From Akkermansiaceae bacterium (GTDB lineage: Bacteria > Verrucomicrobiota > Verrucomicrobiia > Verrucomicrobiales > Akkermansiaceae): 64,000 nucleotides of DNA. The position numbers were made by a program, and so were the translations under genes. Of this stretch, positions 47,453 through 57,653 are shown piece by piece. The notes under the pieces were generated by a model, which was not told where the DNA came from, made no database searches, and was given only the letters and a program-made list of their open reading frames with translations. Each line of letters begins with the position of its first letter. The first letter of the stretch is position 1. Where the stretch lies: positions 64,001 through 128,000 of the forward strand of contig JBPOGF010000003.1 of assembly GCA_051251915.1 (NCBI GenBank), given 5' to 3'.

Positions 47453-48961
47453 TTAGTTATCTGATGTGATGATCGTGATTTTGTTGTTTTTGCCGTTATC
47501 TACAACTGGGCCAATGGATTTGATGTGGCAGTTGCTGACGTTTTCGTTGAGGATGAGTTTGGCGGTGGTGTAGTTTTCGATGGTGGAGTTGACTAATTCT
47601 CTGCGGGGGCCGCCGCAGTTGAGGACGTTGACCTTTTCTGGGAGTGGGGTGGTGGTTCCGTCACGGAGGATGAATTTGCAAGTATCGCCAGAGATGATAC
47701 CTAATCCTGATCTTGGGGTGACGGGTGCGCCTTTTGGTGGGCTGAGGAGGGTGACCTCATAGCTGGCTTTTTTAGGTTGCTCTCCACGCATGAGATTGAA
47801 GACAGGGTTGTATGCTACGTCGCTTTTGCAATCCTCGAGCACGACTCTACCTTTGTCACCGACTGAGACATCATAGGAGAAATCTCCGGGTTCTTTGACG
47901 GTGACATTTTTTAGTATGACATCGCCTCCACAGAGTAGCTGGACGGCTCCGCGCATGCGCTCGACCGTGGTATTGATGACGGTGATATTTTGCACTCCAT
48001 CGTAGGAGCGAATGCCATCTTCTGTGAGCGGGATGTAGTGGTCACGTGGGATGGGTTTAGTGGTGCGGTATGTCATCTTGAAATCGTGCTCCACGGCTCG
48101 GCCAGCGACTTCTTTGAATATGTCATTGGTAGGGCGTAGGGTTCCGGTGAGGGCGCAGCCTTCGATGTGGACTCCATCGACTGTGTGGAGATGAATGCAG
48201 TGGCCGAATGATTGTTGGAAGACTTTGCATCTGATGATTCGGGTGCCGTTGGCGTGATCGATGGACATGAAGCTGTGTTTATTTAGCCTACCAGATTTGA
48301 TGTGTCCTTTTCCGTAGAAGTCTGTGTAGCCGTAAGGGATGGAGCCTTTGATTACGAAGGTGCAGTCGAAGAATTGGTTATCGTCACCGTTGATTTCAAA
48401 TTCATTATCCGTGACACCGTAGTCGGGGTATTCTGCATCGATGATGTTTTCAAAATATCCGCCGATGAAGACGTTTTTGGTTCCGTTGATGTGCCATGAG
48501 TCGGCGACGTGAGGCTTGCGTGAGAGTTTAGACATCAGTGAGACTGGGGTCTCGATGACTACTCCACGTAGATCAAAATAGTTGTGTGATCCGTTGCAAA
48601 CGAAAATGTGTTCTTGCCTGCCTTCTTTGCGGTTTCTGCCTACTCCACGTTTGCGTTTCAATGGAAGATCTATGGCTGGGGCAATTTTTGTGGCGCGGTA
48701 GACTCCAGGTTTCATGCGGATTTTCTGGTTGTCTTTCTGCATGGCTACACGAAGCGCGTCTAGGGAGTCAATCAGCACGTAGCCGTTACGGATTTCAAAA
48801 TCTTCAGTAGCGACTGGGCGGGGAGTCGGGGTCCTAGTGATTACCTCCATTGGAGGATTTTCGCTCAGCTGTAGACCTTGGTCTGGGATGGGTACATCCG
48901 CCGTGAGCCATCCGCTAGTTACGATGGTAATAAAGATGGATCGATATAACTTACTTTTCAT
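47453..48961 (-). CDS. Secreted hypothetical protein, probable right-handed beta-helix
   Basis: 502 aa, signal peptide, repeated short beta-strand/Asn/Cys ladder patterns; fold call is inference. Confidence 0.65.
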   Translation of the reverse strand: MKSKLYRSIFITIVTSGWLTADVPIPDQGLQLSENPPMEVITRTPTPRPVATEDFEIRNGYVLIDSLDALRVAMQKDNQKIRMKPGVYRATKIAPAIDLPLKRKRGVGRNRKEGRQEHIFVCNGSHNYFDLRGVVIETPVSLMSKLSRKPHVADSWHINGTKNVFIGGYFENIIDAEYPDYGVTDNEFEINGDDNQFFDCTFVIKGSIPYGYTDFYGKGHIKSGRLNKHSFMSIDHANGTRIIRCKVFQQSFGHCIHLHTVDGVHIEGCALTGTLRPTNDIFKEVAGRAVEHDFKMTYRTTKPIPRDHYIPLTEDGIRSYDGVQNITVINTTVERMRGAVQLLCGGDVILKNVTVKEPGDFSYDVSVGDKGRVVLEDCKSDVAYNPVFNLMRGEQPKKASYEVTLLSPPKGAPVTPRSGLGIISGDTCKFILRDGTTTPLPEKVNVLNCGGPRRELVNSTIENYTTAKLILNENVSNCHIKSIGPVVDNGKNNKITIITSDN

Positions 48962-49195
48962 AAATTCTTTCCAAGAAGTTCTAGATTACTTGGGGATAAT
49001 GTCGAACCATTTCGGCTTATGATATGCGGACTGGATTGAGTGGGATAAAATAAAACGGACGAAGCCGAAAAATAAGCATGCCTGGTCTAGAAAAAGGTTT
49101 GTCTGGAGAAATTAGAAGGTAGGTTTACGCTGGGCGTGGGGGAGTGATCTGAGTTGCTTATTTTTCTCATCTCGATTTCTTTATCAAGAGAGGGG

Positions 49196-49843
49196 TTAGG
49201 ATGGATTTATATCTGGTTCTAGCCAGATGGTGAGGGTGGCTTGTTGGTTAGGGAGGTCTATGTGGGAGATGGATGTGTGTGTGACTGGGAGGTGTGTGGT
49301 CTGGCGGAGGTCGGTGAGGAGGTCTTGTTTACGTTCTGGTGCTAGGAGTTCTAGTTTGTTGTAGAGGACTGTTTGTTTGCGTTGTCTTTGCGGTTTTTTG
49401 GTGGTGGTTATTTTTGTGACGGATTTGCGAATGAGGAGTTCACCGATGATGGCGGAGAAGAGGATGATGGAGTTTACGGCGAGTAGTTCTGCGTAGCTGG
49501 TTTTTTTGTTTGAGAGGGAGTTGATGATGGCGATGCCTACGACGATGAATAGGTAGGTGAGGTCTTTTGTGCGGATGGTTTCTGTGCGGTAGCGTAGGAC
49601 TCCGAAGATGGCGAAGAGGCCGAGGCCCATGCCGATGCTGAGTTCTAGCTTTTTCATGGTGAAGCAGATGAAGAAGACGACTACGTTTAGCATGATGGCT
49701 GCGAAGGCGAATTCGCGGTCTTTGTGATAGGGGTACCAGGCGAAACGGAAGACTAGGGTGAGGAAGATGATGTTGTGCAGGAATCTGAATGCGAGTTTGA
49801 TGAGGTCGTCATCGTAGAGGGGGATGTTGATGAATTCTTGCAT
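49196..49843 (-). CDS. DUF4956 family membrane protein
   Basis: GMGLGLFAIFGVLRYRT, KDLTYLF, YNKLELLAPE...DL. Confidence 0.88.
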   Translation of the reverse strand: MQEFINIPLYDDDLIKLAFRFLHNIIFLTLVFRFAWYPYHKDREFAFAAIMLNVVVFFICFTMKKLELSIGMGLGLFAIFGVLRYRTETIRTKDLTYLFIVVGIAIINSLSNKKTSYAELLAVNSIILFSAIIGELLIRKSVTKITTTKKPQRQRKQTVLYNKLELLAPERKQDLLTDLRQTTHLPVTHTSISHIDLPNQQATLTIWLEPDINPS

Positions 49844-49928
49844 TGTTTGGGGTGAGTTGTGGGAGGAGGTGGGTTTAGCTAGCTAGGTAGGTGGTGATGG
49901 GTGGCTGGCTAGACTTTGTTGTGGTTTG

Positions 49929-51449
49929 TTACTTTTGGAGTAGGAAGGCTCTGCGCTGGCTGATGTAGTTTTGTAGTGAGCCTGCGGGGCCATTGCTTGC
50001 GGGTGTGGTGTCTGTGGTGGTGGCTTTTAGGAAGTCTTCGTAGCTGCTGAGTTTGCGGGTGTCTTGTTTGACGGCGTCTTTGATGAGGTCGCGGTGTTTG
50101 GCGATGCGTGTGCCGATGTAGTCCCAGTCGAGTTGTTTTTGTGCGATTTCTTTGATGTTTGCGAGGTAGCGCTGGCGTAGTGCGGGAACTTTGAGGAGTC
50201 GGCTGCGTAGTGGTTTACGGGCATCGTCCAGGCCGGTGAGGGGGTCTAGTTTTGCTCCGCCGGTTTCGTCACCTCTGCGTTGATGGCCGCGGAAGGCTTC
50301 GTTCATGTCGTGTGGGATGACGTGGAATTGGTCATCTTTATCACGGAAGATGTAGTAGTCACTGGCGCGTGTCCAGTAGCCGTCGCTGTTGCCGAATACG
50401 ATGTCGTAGGCGATGAACCAGAGTGCTTCGTCGATGTTGAGGATGGGGGTGAGTTTTTGTTCGAGTGATTCGAGTGGTGTTTCGTTGAGGATGCGGCAGA
50501 GGTTGATGAGTTTGTTCCAGGATTTTGTGCCGTCGTTGGATTTCATGTCGTAGCGTTGTTTGTAGGGGGCGAGTTCATCACCGTCGTATGCGAGTCCGCC
50601 GTCTCCACGTGGGCTGCCTGGGACTTTCCAGCGAGTGCCTTTTGAGGATCCGTAGTTGGATTTGGTGAAGTCTTTGTTGAATTGTTGGACGTTGGTGTAG
50701 ACGCCCCAGTATTCTCCGTTGATGACGACTTTGACGAAGTTTGCTTTAGGGACTGGGATGTGTTTTGAGGCTAGTTCTGAGTAGAGGACGGTGCTCATGA
50801 GTGAGGCGTCACCGTTGCCGTTGAGGAGGTTGAGGGTTTTGTGGTCGTAGAGTTTTTGGTCTTCGTCAACGAGGTCGGTGGAGATGTTGAGGGAGCGTTT
50901 GTGTCCTTTTGAGATTCTGAAGTATGAGGATGCTCCACGGAAGCTGACTCCTACGGGTTGGTAATCTTTGCCGTCTACGATCATGGTGGCGGGGACTTCG
51001 ACGTCGGTGGTTTTGAAGTCTTCTAGTTCTGTTTCCCAGTCTGGGTTTTCGAAGGTGAGGAAGATGGTGCGGAGGGTGTCTGTGTCGTAGAGTGAGGCGC
51101 CGGGGTAATGTTTGACGTCTTGTGGGGAGACTTTTGGGCCGGCTTTTGCTGGTGGTAGTGAGTTCCCGCGGGGGCCACGTTTGCGGTTACCACGGCCTGT
51201 GTCTTGTTTGCTTTCGCGAGTGGTTTTAAGTGTTTTACGTGCTTCTGCGCGTTCTTGTTGGTTAAGCCAGCCGTTGTTGTCTTTGTCGTGCTCTTTGAGG
51301 AGTTCTACTTCTTCTTCTTGGCCTGGTCCTCCACCTCCTGGGCGGCCGCCGCTTGGTCCACCTGGTCCTCTGGGTGGTTGTTGTGCGGGTAGTGAGGATG
51401 CTGTTAATAGGAGGGTGAGGGTGTATGAGAAGATGGAGCGGAATGACAT
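49929..51449 (-). CDS. CotH kinase family protein with an N-terminal EF-hand-like loop
   Basis: VGVSFRGASS, KRSLNI, VINGEYWGVY, NSDGY...DYYIF, IPHDMNEAF; DKDNNGWLNQQE. Confidence 0.88.
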   Translation of the reverse strand: MSFRSIFSYTLTLLLTASSLPAQQPPRGPGGPSGGRPGGGGPGQEEEVELLKEHDKDNNGWLNQQERAEARKTLKTTRESKQDTGRGNRKRGPRGNSLPPAKAGPKVSPQDVKHYPGASLYDTDTLRTIFLTFENPDWETELEDFKTTDVEVPATMIVDGKDYQPVGVSFRGASSYFRISKGHKRSLNISTDLVDEDQKLYDHKTLNLLNGNGDASLMSTVLYSELASKHIPVPKANFVKVVINGEYWGVYTNVQQFNKDFTKSNYGSSKGTRWKVPGSPRGDGGLAYDGDELAPYKQRYDMKSNDGTKSWNKLINLCRILNETPLESLEQKLTPILNIDEALWFIAYDIVFGNSDGYWTRASDYYIFRDKDDQFHVIPHDMNEAFRGHQRRGDETGGAKLDPLTGLDDARKPLRSRLLKVPALRQRYLANIKEIAQKQLDWDYIGTRIAKHRDLIKDAVKQDTRKLSSYEDFLKATTTDTTPASNGPAGSLQNYISQRRAFLLQK

Positions 51450-51725
51450 GGGGTGTAGGTGGTTTGGATGGGTGTTAATGGGGGAAATGATTTGATATTA
51501 TTTCAGAGGTATTTAGTAACCTTAATGTGACGGAATAGTTGCAAAATATTGTGGTTTGTTCTTAGGGGATGGTGATGGATTAGAGGACGTGAGGCGGGCT
51601 AGTTGGACTTTGAGTTTGAACCACCAGCTTTTGGATTATTGGGGCGTTGCCTTCTGTGAGGGTGGTGTTTATAGGGGTGGATTTATAGAGTATGTTACTG
51701 AGGAATGAATGTCTTACAGTATTAC

Positions 51726-51753
51726 TTGACTCTAACGAATTCGTGTTTAAGTT
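51726..51753 (+). promoter_or_regulatory. Putative sigma70-type promoter
   Basis: TTGACT-N16-TAAGTT upstream of the L,D-transpeptidase gene. Confidence 0.3.
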
Positions 51754-51779
51754 GCGCTAAATTTTATCTAAGCTAAACC

Positions 51780-52406
51780 ATGAAAGTAATCCTAGCCATA
51801 ACCGCCCCTGTTATTTCCTTAACTGCTCTGCTATTTTCTAGTTGCGCGTCTACAACGCCTGCTAGCAGTGGTGCCGCTTATCTTGCTGATTACAAAACTT
51901 ATACTGGTCAGCCTGGTCAGATAGCTCAGCCAGCTTCGGCTGCTCCTACGGAAGTGGGTTACTGGGATGGTGATGGCGTGGCGGGGGAGGCAATGATCAA
52001 GATCAACATTGGGGAGCAGCAGGCGTATTTCTATAAAGGTAATCAGCTTGTGGGGCAGACTCCTATTTCTACCGGTATTGAGGGAAGAATTACTCCTAAG
52101 GGGAGCTATAAAGTCACGGAGAAGGATATTGACCACACGTCATCACTTTATGGTGTGATTAAGGATAATGCGACTGGGGCTATTGTGAATGATGATGCGG
52201 ATACCCGCAAACATAGAGCTAAAGCAGGGCAGACATTTGTCCATGCGCCGATGTATAATTTCCTCAGATACAACGGGGCGATTGGGATGCACACTGGTCA
52301 TCTTCCGGGGTATGCGGCTTCTCATGGGTGCGTGAGACTGCCAGATAATATGGCGAAGCATTTCTATAATAATGCGAAGTTAGGAACTCCTGTGATTGTT
52401 GAATAG
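51780..52406 (+). CDS. L,D-transpeptidase (YkuD family) lipoprotein
   Basis: Lipobox FSSC; ISTG, TPKG, GMHTG, ASHGCVRL, GTPVIV. Confidence 0.92.
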   Translation: MKVILAITAPVISLTALLFSSCASTTPASSGAAYLADYKTYTGQPGQIAQPASAAPTEVGYWDGDGVAGEAMIKINIGEQQAYFYKGNQLVGQTPISTGIEGRITPKGSYKVTEKDIDHTSSLYGVIKDNATGAIVNDDADTRKHRAKAGQTFVHAPMYNFLRYNGAIGMHTGHLPGYAASHGCVRLPDNMAKHFYNNAKLGTPVIVE

Positions 52407-52744
52407 TGGTGTTTGAGAATCCGCTAGAGATTTCCTGTCAGCAGACGAAGGAGTTGTTAGAGGGGGATAGTCCTCCTCTGTTGATCGATTGTCGGGAGCA
52501 GCATGAGTTTGATTTTTGTCGGATAGAGGGTGCTGTTTTGGTTCCGCTTTCGGACTTTAGCGGTAGGGCGGAAGCATTGCTTTACCATGCGGATCAGGAG
52601 GCTATCATTTATTGTCATCATGGTGTGAGGTCGCTACACGCTGTGCAGTATCTGCACCAGCAAGGCTTTACGAAGGCATTGAGTATGCAGGGTGGGATTG
52701 ATGTATGGTCTGCGGTGATTGATGGCAGCATTGAAAGGTATTGA
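52406..52744 (+). CDS. Rhodanese-like domain protein
   Basis: LIDCRE..E, YCHHGVRS, GGIDVW. Confidence 0.9.
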   Translation: MVFENPLEISCQQTKELLEGDSPPLLIDCREQHEFDFCRIEGAVLVPLSDFSGRAEALLYHADQEAIIYCHHGVRSLHAVQYLHQQGFTKALSMQGGIDVWSAVIDGSIERY

Positions 52745-52838
52745 GCTGGCTGGGGCACTTCGCGGAGAAGATTGGCTAGGAGTTTGAATAAATGTTTCCT
52801 GCTACTTTTGGAATTTGACGTTGTTAAAATTATTTAAC

Positions 52839-55136
52839 ATGAAACGATTTAAATTACTCTCCGGCACTTTATTTTCTGCATTAGCTTTATTCACAAGCTC
52901 AACCGAGGCTTTTAGCCAAACTGGGCCGACGATTGTTGATCATTATATTATTGATGATGGAGAGACTGCTTTGGCTGGATTGTTAGAGGCGGGGGATCGG
53001 TTTGGTCGCGATTTTAATCCAATGGGTGATCTTGATCTTGATGGGGTGCCAGATTTTGTGGTTGGAGCACGTTCTGATGATGATGGGTTTACGGATGCAG
53101 GGGCGGTGTATATTTTGTTTATGAATGCTGATGGCTCGGTGAAGTCTCATTCTAAAATTTCTGCTACGAGTGGTGGTTTGACTGCGGCAGGTGTTACTCT
53201 GTCTGCGGGGCAATTCTTTGGTTATGCTGTGACTAGTGTTGGTGATCTTGATGGTGATAGTGTTCAGGACTTAGCTGTTGGTGCGCGGCGGGGAGGTGCT
53301 ACTGAGGATGGGGGAGCGATTTTCATCACTTTTTTGAATCGTGATGGCTCTGTAAAAGCGGTGCAGCCGATCACTAATACTGAGGGGACTCTGGGGCTAC
53401 CGTTGATCAGTAGTGATTTCTTTGGTGAGGCGGCGACTTCACTGGGGGTAATCGATGGCGTTCCCACATTGGCGGTATCGAATGCATTTGATGATGATGG
53501 CGGTAATAACCGTGGTGCTATTTACATCCTTAGCCTGAATGCTGATGGAACTGCGATACCTACGAAGACGGTAAAAATTAGTTCTACATCTGGGGGGTTC
53601 GGAACTGGGCTTACTAATGGGGACCAATTTGGTGGCCGCGATATTGCACTGCTAGGTGACATTGATGGTGATATGAATCTTGATATTGCTGTTGGGGCAT
53701 TTTCTTCCAATGATGGAAGGGGTGCTGTCTGGGTGCTAAGGTTGAATGCGGACTTCACAGTGAAGGCTAAGCAGAAGATCGGGCAGGGAGTTGGTGGGCT
53801 ACAGGCGACGCTGGAGATAGATGATAACTTTGGTCATACTGTGACTTCACCAGGTGATATTGATGGTGATGGGATTCCGGATCTCATTACGTCTGCCAAT
53901 AAGAGTGATGTGGGAGATACGGATCTTGGTGAGCTTTATTATATTTATCTTAATAGCGATGGCACTGTGAAACAGGAGATACGGGCTAATGATTTGACGG
54001 GGACTCTTCCCTTCGCACTTCCTAGCTTGGGGAGGTTTGGGCGGGTTGTTTCCGTATTAGGTGATTTAGCTAATGATGGAACTATTTGTCTTGCTGTGGG
54101 TGGTGGCGCGGGAAGCACGGGTATTATCTATTTACTTTTCCTTGAGCCTGAGGCCACACCACTTTTAAGCAGTCCTACAGCTATTACAGGTAATGTTCTG
54201 TGGTTGGATGCGAGTGATCCTGATGGTGATTTTATTACTGGTGGAACATTTTCGAATGATGATACCTGGGTGGATAAATCGAGCCTGAAGAATGCTAATG
54301 CTACACAAGCTGTGGCAAACATTAGACCTACTCTCATAGCTGACGCACACTGTGGGCTTTCCGTGGTTGAATTTGATGGTAATGATTATATGGATGTGGC
54401 TTCTGCTGCGTTTGGGATGCTTAAAAATAAAACTGGTGCTACGGTCTTTGCTGTTGCTCGTCCTACTGAAGTGCCGAGTATGGGTGGTGGGCACCGAGTT
54501 TTCATGGCATCTACAGGGACAAATAGTGACTCTACTCGCGCAGGGTTTAGTTTCTATGATTCTTTTGGAACTGGTCTTTCTGGCACAGGTGATGCTGGAC
54601 TGAATGGTCGTAGATTAGATACTGATGGGTACCAACGGATTAGTGGAGGGGATGCCTCATTGGACAGGCTTACTCATTGGACAGGAATCTTTAATTACGC
54701 ACATTCCAGCCTTGAGCTATATGCAGATGGAGGACTGGTTAGTAGCGCTAGTAACTTTCAAACAGATGGAAACACTGAGAATACAGATAGTTTGAATATA
54801 CGACTTGGGGCTGATGCTAGTCTGACTCAATTGCGAGGTTTCTTTAAGGGTGATCTTGCCGAGTTGATCATTTATGACAGAGTGCTTACTGCTCCTGAAC
54901 GACAGAAGATAGAGCAATGGTTAGATGCTAAGTGGTCCGCGCCAGTCATAGATCTTGATATTACTGGTGGAAATATCGAGGCGTCATGGCCTGTTACACC
55001 GGTGGAATGGACTCTCGAAACTTCGGTAGACCTCATTGACTTCATTCCAGCTACTACGACAAACCAAATTGGGAATCAGATTATTTTTACTGAGCCTCTT
55101 ACACTAGAAAAGAAGTTTTTCAGGCTGGTTCGCTGA
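52839..55136 (+). CDS. Secreted FG-GAP (integrin-alpha-like) repeat protein with LamG-like domain
   Basis: Repeated FG...GDLDGD..D..VGA...GAVY; LWLDASD; FKGDLAELIIYDRVL; C-terminal ...KKFFRLVR; start ATG 52839. Confidence 0.85.
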   Translation: MKRFKLLSGTLFSALALFTSSTEAFSQTGPTIVDHYIIDDGETALAGLLEAGDRFGRDFNPMGDLDLDGVPDFVVGARSDDDGFTDAGAVYILFMNADGSVKSHSKISATSGGLTAAGVTLSAGQFFGYAVTSVGDLDGDSVQDLAVGARRGGATEDGGAIFITFLNRDGSVKAVQPITNTEGTLGLPLISSDFFGEAATSLGVIDGVPTLAVSNAFDDDGGNNRGAIYILSLNADGTAIPTKTVKISSTSGGFGTGLTNGDQFGGRDIALLGDIDGDMNLDIAVGAFSSNDGRGAVWVLRLNADFTVKAKQKIGQGVGGLQATLEIDDNFGHTVTSPGDIDGDGIPDLITSANKSDVGDTDLGELYYIYLNSDGTVKQEIRANDLTGTLPFALPSLGRFGRVVSVLGDLANDGTICLAVGGGAGSTGIIYLLFLEPEATPLLSSPTAITGNVLWLDASDPDGDFITGGTFSNDDTWVDKSSLKNANATQAVANIRPTLIADAHCGLSVVEFDGNDYMDVASAAFGMLKNKTGATVFAVARPTEVPSMGGGHRVFMASTGTNSDSTRAGFSFYDSFGTGLSGTGDAGLNGRRLDTDGYQRISGGDASLDRLTHWTGIFNYAHSSLELYADGGLVSSASNFQTDGNTENTDSLNIRLGADASLTQLRGFFKGDLAELIIYDRVLTAPERQKIEQWLDAKWSAPVIDLDITGGNIEASWPVTPVEWTLETSVDLIDFIPATTTNQIGNQIIFTEPLTLEKKFFRLVR

Positions 55137-55279
55137 TGCCCTTAGTCATTGCCATTTGGTCGTTTCCTCCTTGAGATTGCGGTTATTGTAATAAACCGTT
55201 GCAAAGGATGAGGCGGGTGTTCAGGATGTTGGTAATTGATGAATAGTGATGAACAATTTCAACTCAGGTGCGACTTTTT

Positions 55280-56086
55280 ATGAGGAAGTTTGGGGTTATT
55301 TTTGGGCTGCTCGTGGTTCTAGTGGGTTGTTGTTATTTGATGCTGAGTGATCGGGATGGTGGCTGGGATGATGTGGACGAGTTGGAAATTTATTGTGCGG
55401 CGGTTTTGCAGAAACCAGTGGAGGAGGTGGCGCGGCGGTATGAGGAGGAGCATGGTGTGAAGGTGAGACTGAACTTTGGTGGGTCTGGGCAGTTGTTGGC
55501 GAAGTTGGAGGTGGCTGATGGGGATCTGTATTTGCCGGCTGATGTGGGTTATATTGAGATGGCTAGGGAGAAGGGGTTGGTGGTGGCTAGGGGTTCGATT
55601 CCGGTGAGTTATCTTACTGCGGGGATTATTGTGAAGAAGGGGAACCCGAAGGGTATCCGAATGTTGAGTGATCTGGCACGGGATGGTGTGAGGGTGGTGA
55701 TAGCGGAGCGGTCAGCGGCGGTGGGGAAGTTTACTCATGAGGTGCTGGAGGGGGAGGGTTTGTTAGCGGCTATTGAGGGTGGTGATGTTTCTAAGACGGG
55801 AACGGTGAGTGAGGTGGCGATGCAGGTGGAGCTGGGTGCGGCGGATGCGGGGGTGGTGTGGGATGCGGTGATGCCGCAGTTTAGAGGGTGTGAATTTGTG
55901 CGGGCGGTGGAATTTGAGAAGGTGCAGAAATATGCGGAGATTGGTGTTTTGAAGAGTAGCCAAAGAGGTGCTGAGGCGTTAAAGTTTGCACGTTATCTGA
56001 CTGGGAAGGATGAGGGGGCTGTGATTTTTAGAAAGCATGGTTTTGATGTGATGACTAAGAAGGATGAGAAAATTAGCGAACAGTAA
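55280..56086 (+). CDS. modA: Molybdate ABC transporter substrate-binding protein
   Basis: YCAA, FGGSGQL, DLYLPAD, GNPKGI, ADAGVVW. Confidence 0.82.
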   Translation: MRKFGVIFGLLVVLVGCCYLMLSDRDGGWDDVDELEIYCAAVLQKPVEEVARRYEEEHGVKVRLNFGGSGQLLAKLEVADGDLYLPADVGYIEMAREKGLVVARGSIPVSYLTAGIIVKKGNPKGIRMLSDLARDGVRVVIAERSAAVGKFTHEVLEGEGLLAAIEGGDVSKTGTVSEVAMQVELGAADAGVVWDAVMPQFRGCEFVRAVEFEKVQKYAEIGVLKSSQRGAEALKFARYLTGKDEGAVIFRKHGFDVMTKKDEKISEQ

Positions 56087-56948
56087 AAAATCTATTGAGG
56101 GTGCCGGCGGTTGGTTTGGTGCTTGGCTGGGGATGTCGTTGTTTGTGTATCTGGGCTTGATCGTGTTGTTGATCGTGGCGGATGTTTGGTATGTGATTGC
56201 GGCGTGCTGGGGGAGTGCTGATGGTGTTTCGCAGATGTTAGACTGGCCGAATTTGTGGGACTCGGTGAAGTTGACGTTTTTGAGTTGTACGGTGAGTGCT
56301 ATTTTATCGGTGGTTGTTGCGGTGCCGATTGGTTATTTGCTGTCGCGGTATCGGTTCTTTGGTAGGTCGGTGATTGATGCGATGTTGGACATTCCGGTGG
56401 TGTTGCCACCGTTGGTGGTGGGGTTGAGTTTGTTGATTTTGTTTAATAACTTTCCGCCTAAGATTTTGGGTTGGGGGGTGGAGTCGCTGGATGGCTATCT
56501 GGGGTATCTTGGGATGCGGGTGACGAATACGAAGCTGGCGGTGATTTTGGCGCAGTTTACGGTGGCGGCGGCGTTTGCGATTAGGACGGTGAAGGCGACT
56601 TTTGATCAGATAGATCCGAGGAGTGAGCAGGTGGCGATGACGATAGGGGCGTCACGTGGGCGGGCGTTTTTTGATGTGGTGCTGCCGCAGTCGTATCGTG
56701 GGATAGTGGCGGCTGGGACGTTGGCTTGGGCGCGGGCGCTGGGTGAGTTTGGTCCTATTTTGGTATTTGCGGGGGCGACTAAGGGGAAGACTGAGGTGCT
56801 TTCGACGTCGGTGTATTTAGAGATTAATACGGGGAATATCAATGGGGCGGTGATTATTTCGCTGCTAATGATAGCGCTGGCGATGGTTACGATTTTGACG
56901 GTGAGGGTTTGTACTGAGAAAGGAGTGAAGCATGATTTGCATCGATAA
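56064..56948 (+). CDS. modB: Molybdate ABC transporter permease
   Basis: DIPVVLPPLVVG, EQVAMTIGAS (EAA loop), WARALGEFG. Confidence 0.82.
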   Translation: MRKLANSKKSIEGAGGWFGAWLGMSLFVYLGLIVLLIVADVWYVIAACWGSADGVSQMLDWPNLWDSVKLTFLSCTVSAILSVVVAVPIGYLLSRYRFFGRSVIDAMLDIPVVLPPLVVGLSLLILFNNFPPKILGWGVESLDGYLGYLGMRVTNTKLAVILAQFTVAAAFAIRTVKATFDQIDPRSEQVAMTIGASRGRAFFDVVLPQSYRGIVAAGTLAWARALGEFGPILVFAGATKGKTEVLSTSVYLEINTGNINGAVIISLLMIALAMVTILTVRVCTEKGVKHDLHR

Positions 56949-57579
56949 TATTTCTGTTAGAGCGGGATCTTTCACACTCTCAGAGGTAAGTTTTGAAATA
57001 GCAGATGGCGAGTGTTTGGCGCTGATGGGGAAGAGTGGGGCTGGGAAAACCACTATCATGGAGGCGATCTGTGGTTTGAGGGAAGTGGTGGCAGGGAGGA
57101 TCATCATCGGTGGTAAAGAACTTACCTCTGCTGCTCCGCGTGATAGGATGGTGGGGCTGGTGCCTCAGGATAATGTGCTTTTTGGAACGATGACGGTGCG
57201 GGAACATTTGGCGTATGGACCCATTTTAAGAAAATGGAAGAAAGCAGATATAGGAGCTAGGGTTGAGGAGGTGGCGGAGGAGCTGGGGATAAGTCATCTG
57301 TTAGACCGTTTGCCACGAGGTTTATCTGGTGGTGAGGCGAAGCGTGTGGCGATAGGGAGGGCTATTTCTGCTAAGCCTGCGCTGCTGTGCCTAGATGAGA
57401 GTTTTACGGGGCTTGATGGTGAGACTCTGCGTGAGGTGATGGGGGTGGTGAGGGCTACGATTCGGCAGGAGAAGATTAGTACTTTGTTGATTACGCATCA
57501 GCTGAATGAGGCTGAGATGTTAGGGGATGTGATTTATCAAATTTTGGATGGGGGGAGAGTTTGCCGGGGTGTTTTGTGA
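56932..57579 (+). CDS. ABC transporter ATP-binding protein (ModC-like, short)
   Basis: GKSGAGKT, LSGGEAKR, LCLDE, ITH; overlaps modB. Confidence 0.85.
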   Translation: MICIDNISVRAGSFTLSEVSFEIADGECLALMGKSGAGKTTIMEAICGLREVVAGRIIIGGKELTSAAPRDRMVGLVPQDNVLFGTMTVREHLAYGPILRKWKKADIGARVEEVAEELGISHLLDRLPRGLSGGEAKRVAIGRAISAKPALLCLDESFTGLDGETLREVMGVVRATIRQEKISTLLITHQLNEAEMLGDVIYQILDGGRVCRGVL

Positions 57580-57653
57580 AGAAATAGTGAGGGATTTGAG
57601 ATTTGCCATGGCGGCTTTTCTTAGGTAGTTCTGAGGAGATCCTTTAACCTTAC

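Noticed and set aside
49181..49200. TTATCAAGAGAGG resembling the start of a SAM-I riboswitch
   Set aside because: The rest of the aptamer (GAGGGA..GGCCC, GCAACC) is absent, and the site runs into the antisense end of the DUF4956 gene.
55161..55215. Long imperfect hairpin upstream of modA as a possible Moco riboswitch
   Set aside because: I could not match the conserved Moco RNA elements; it is more likely a terminator or processing stem. An Rfam scan would settle it.
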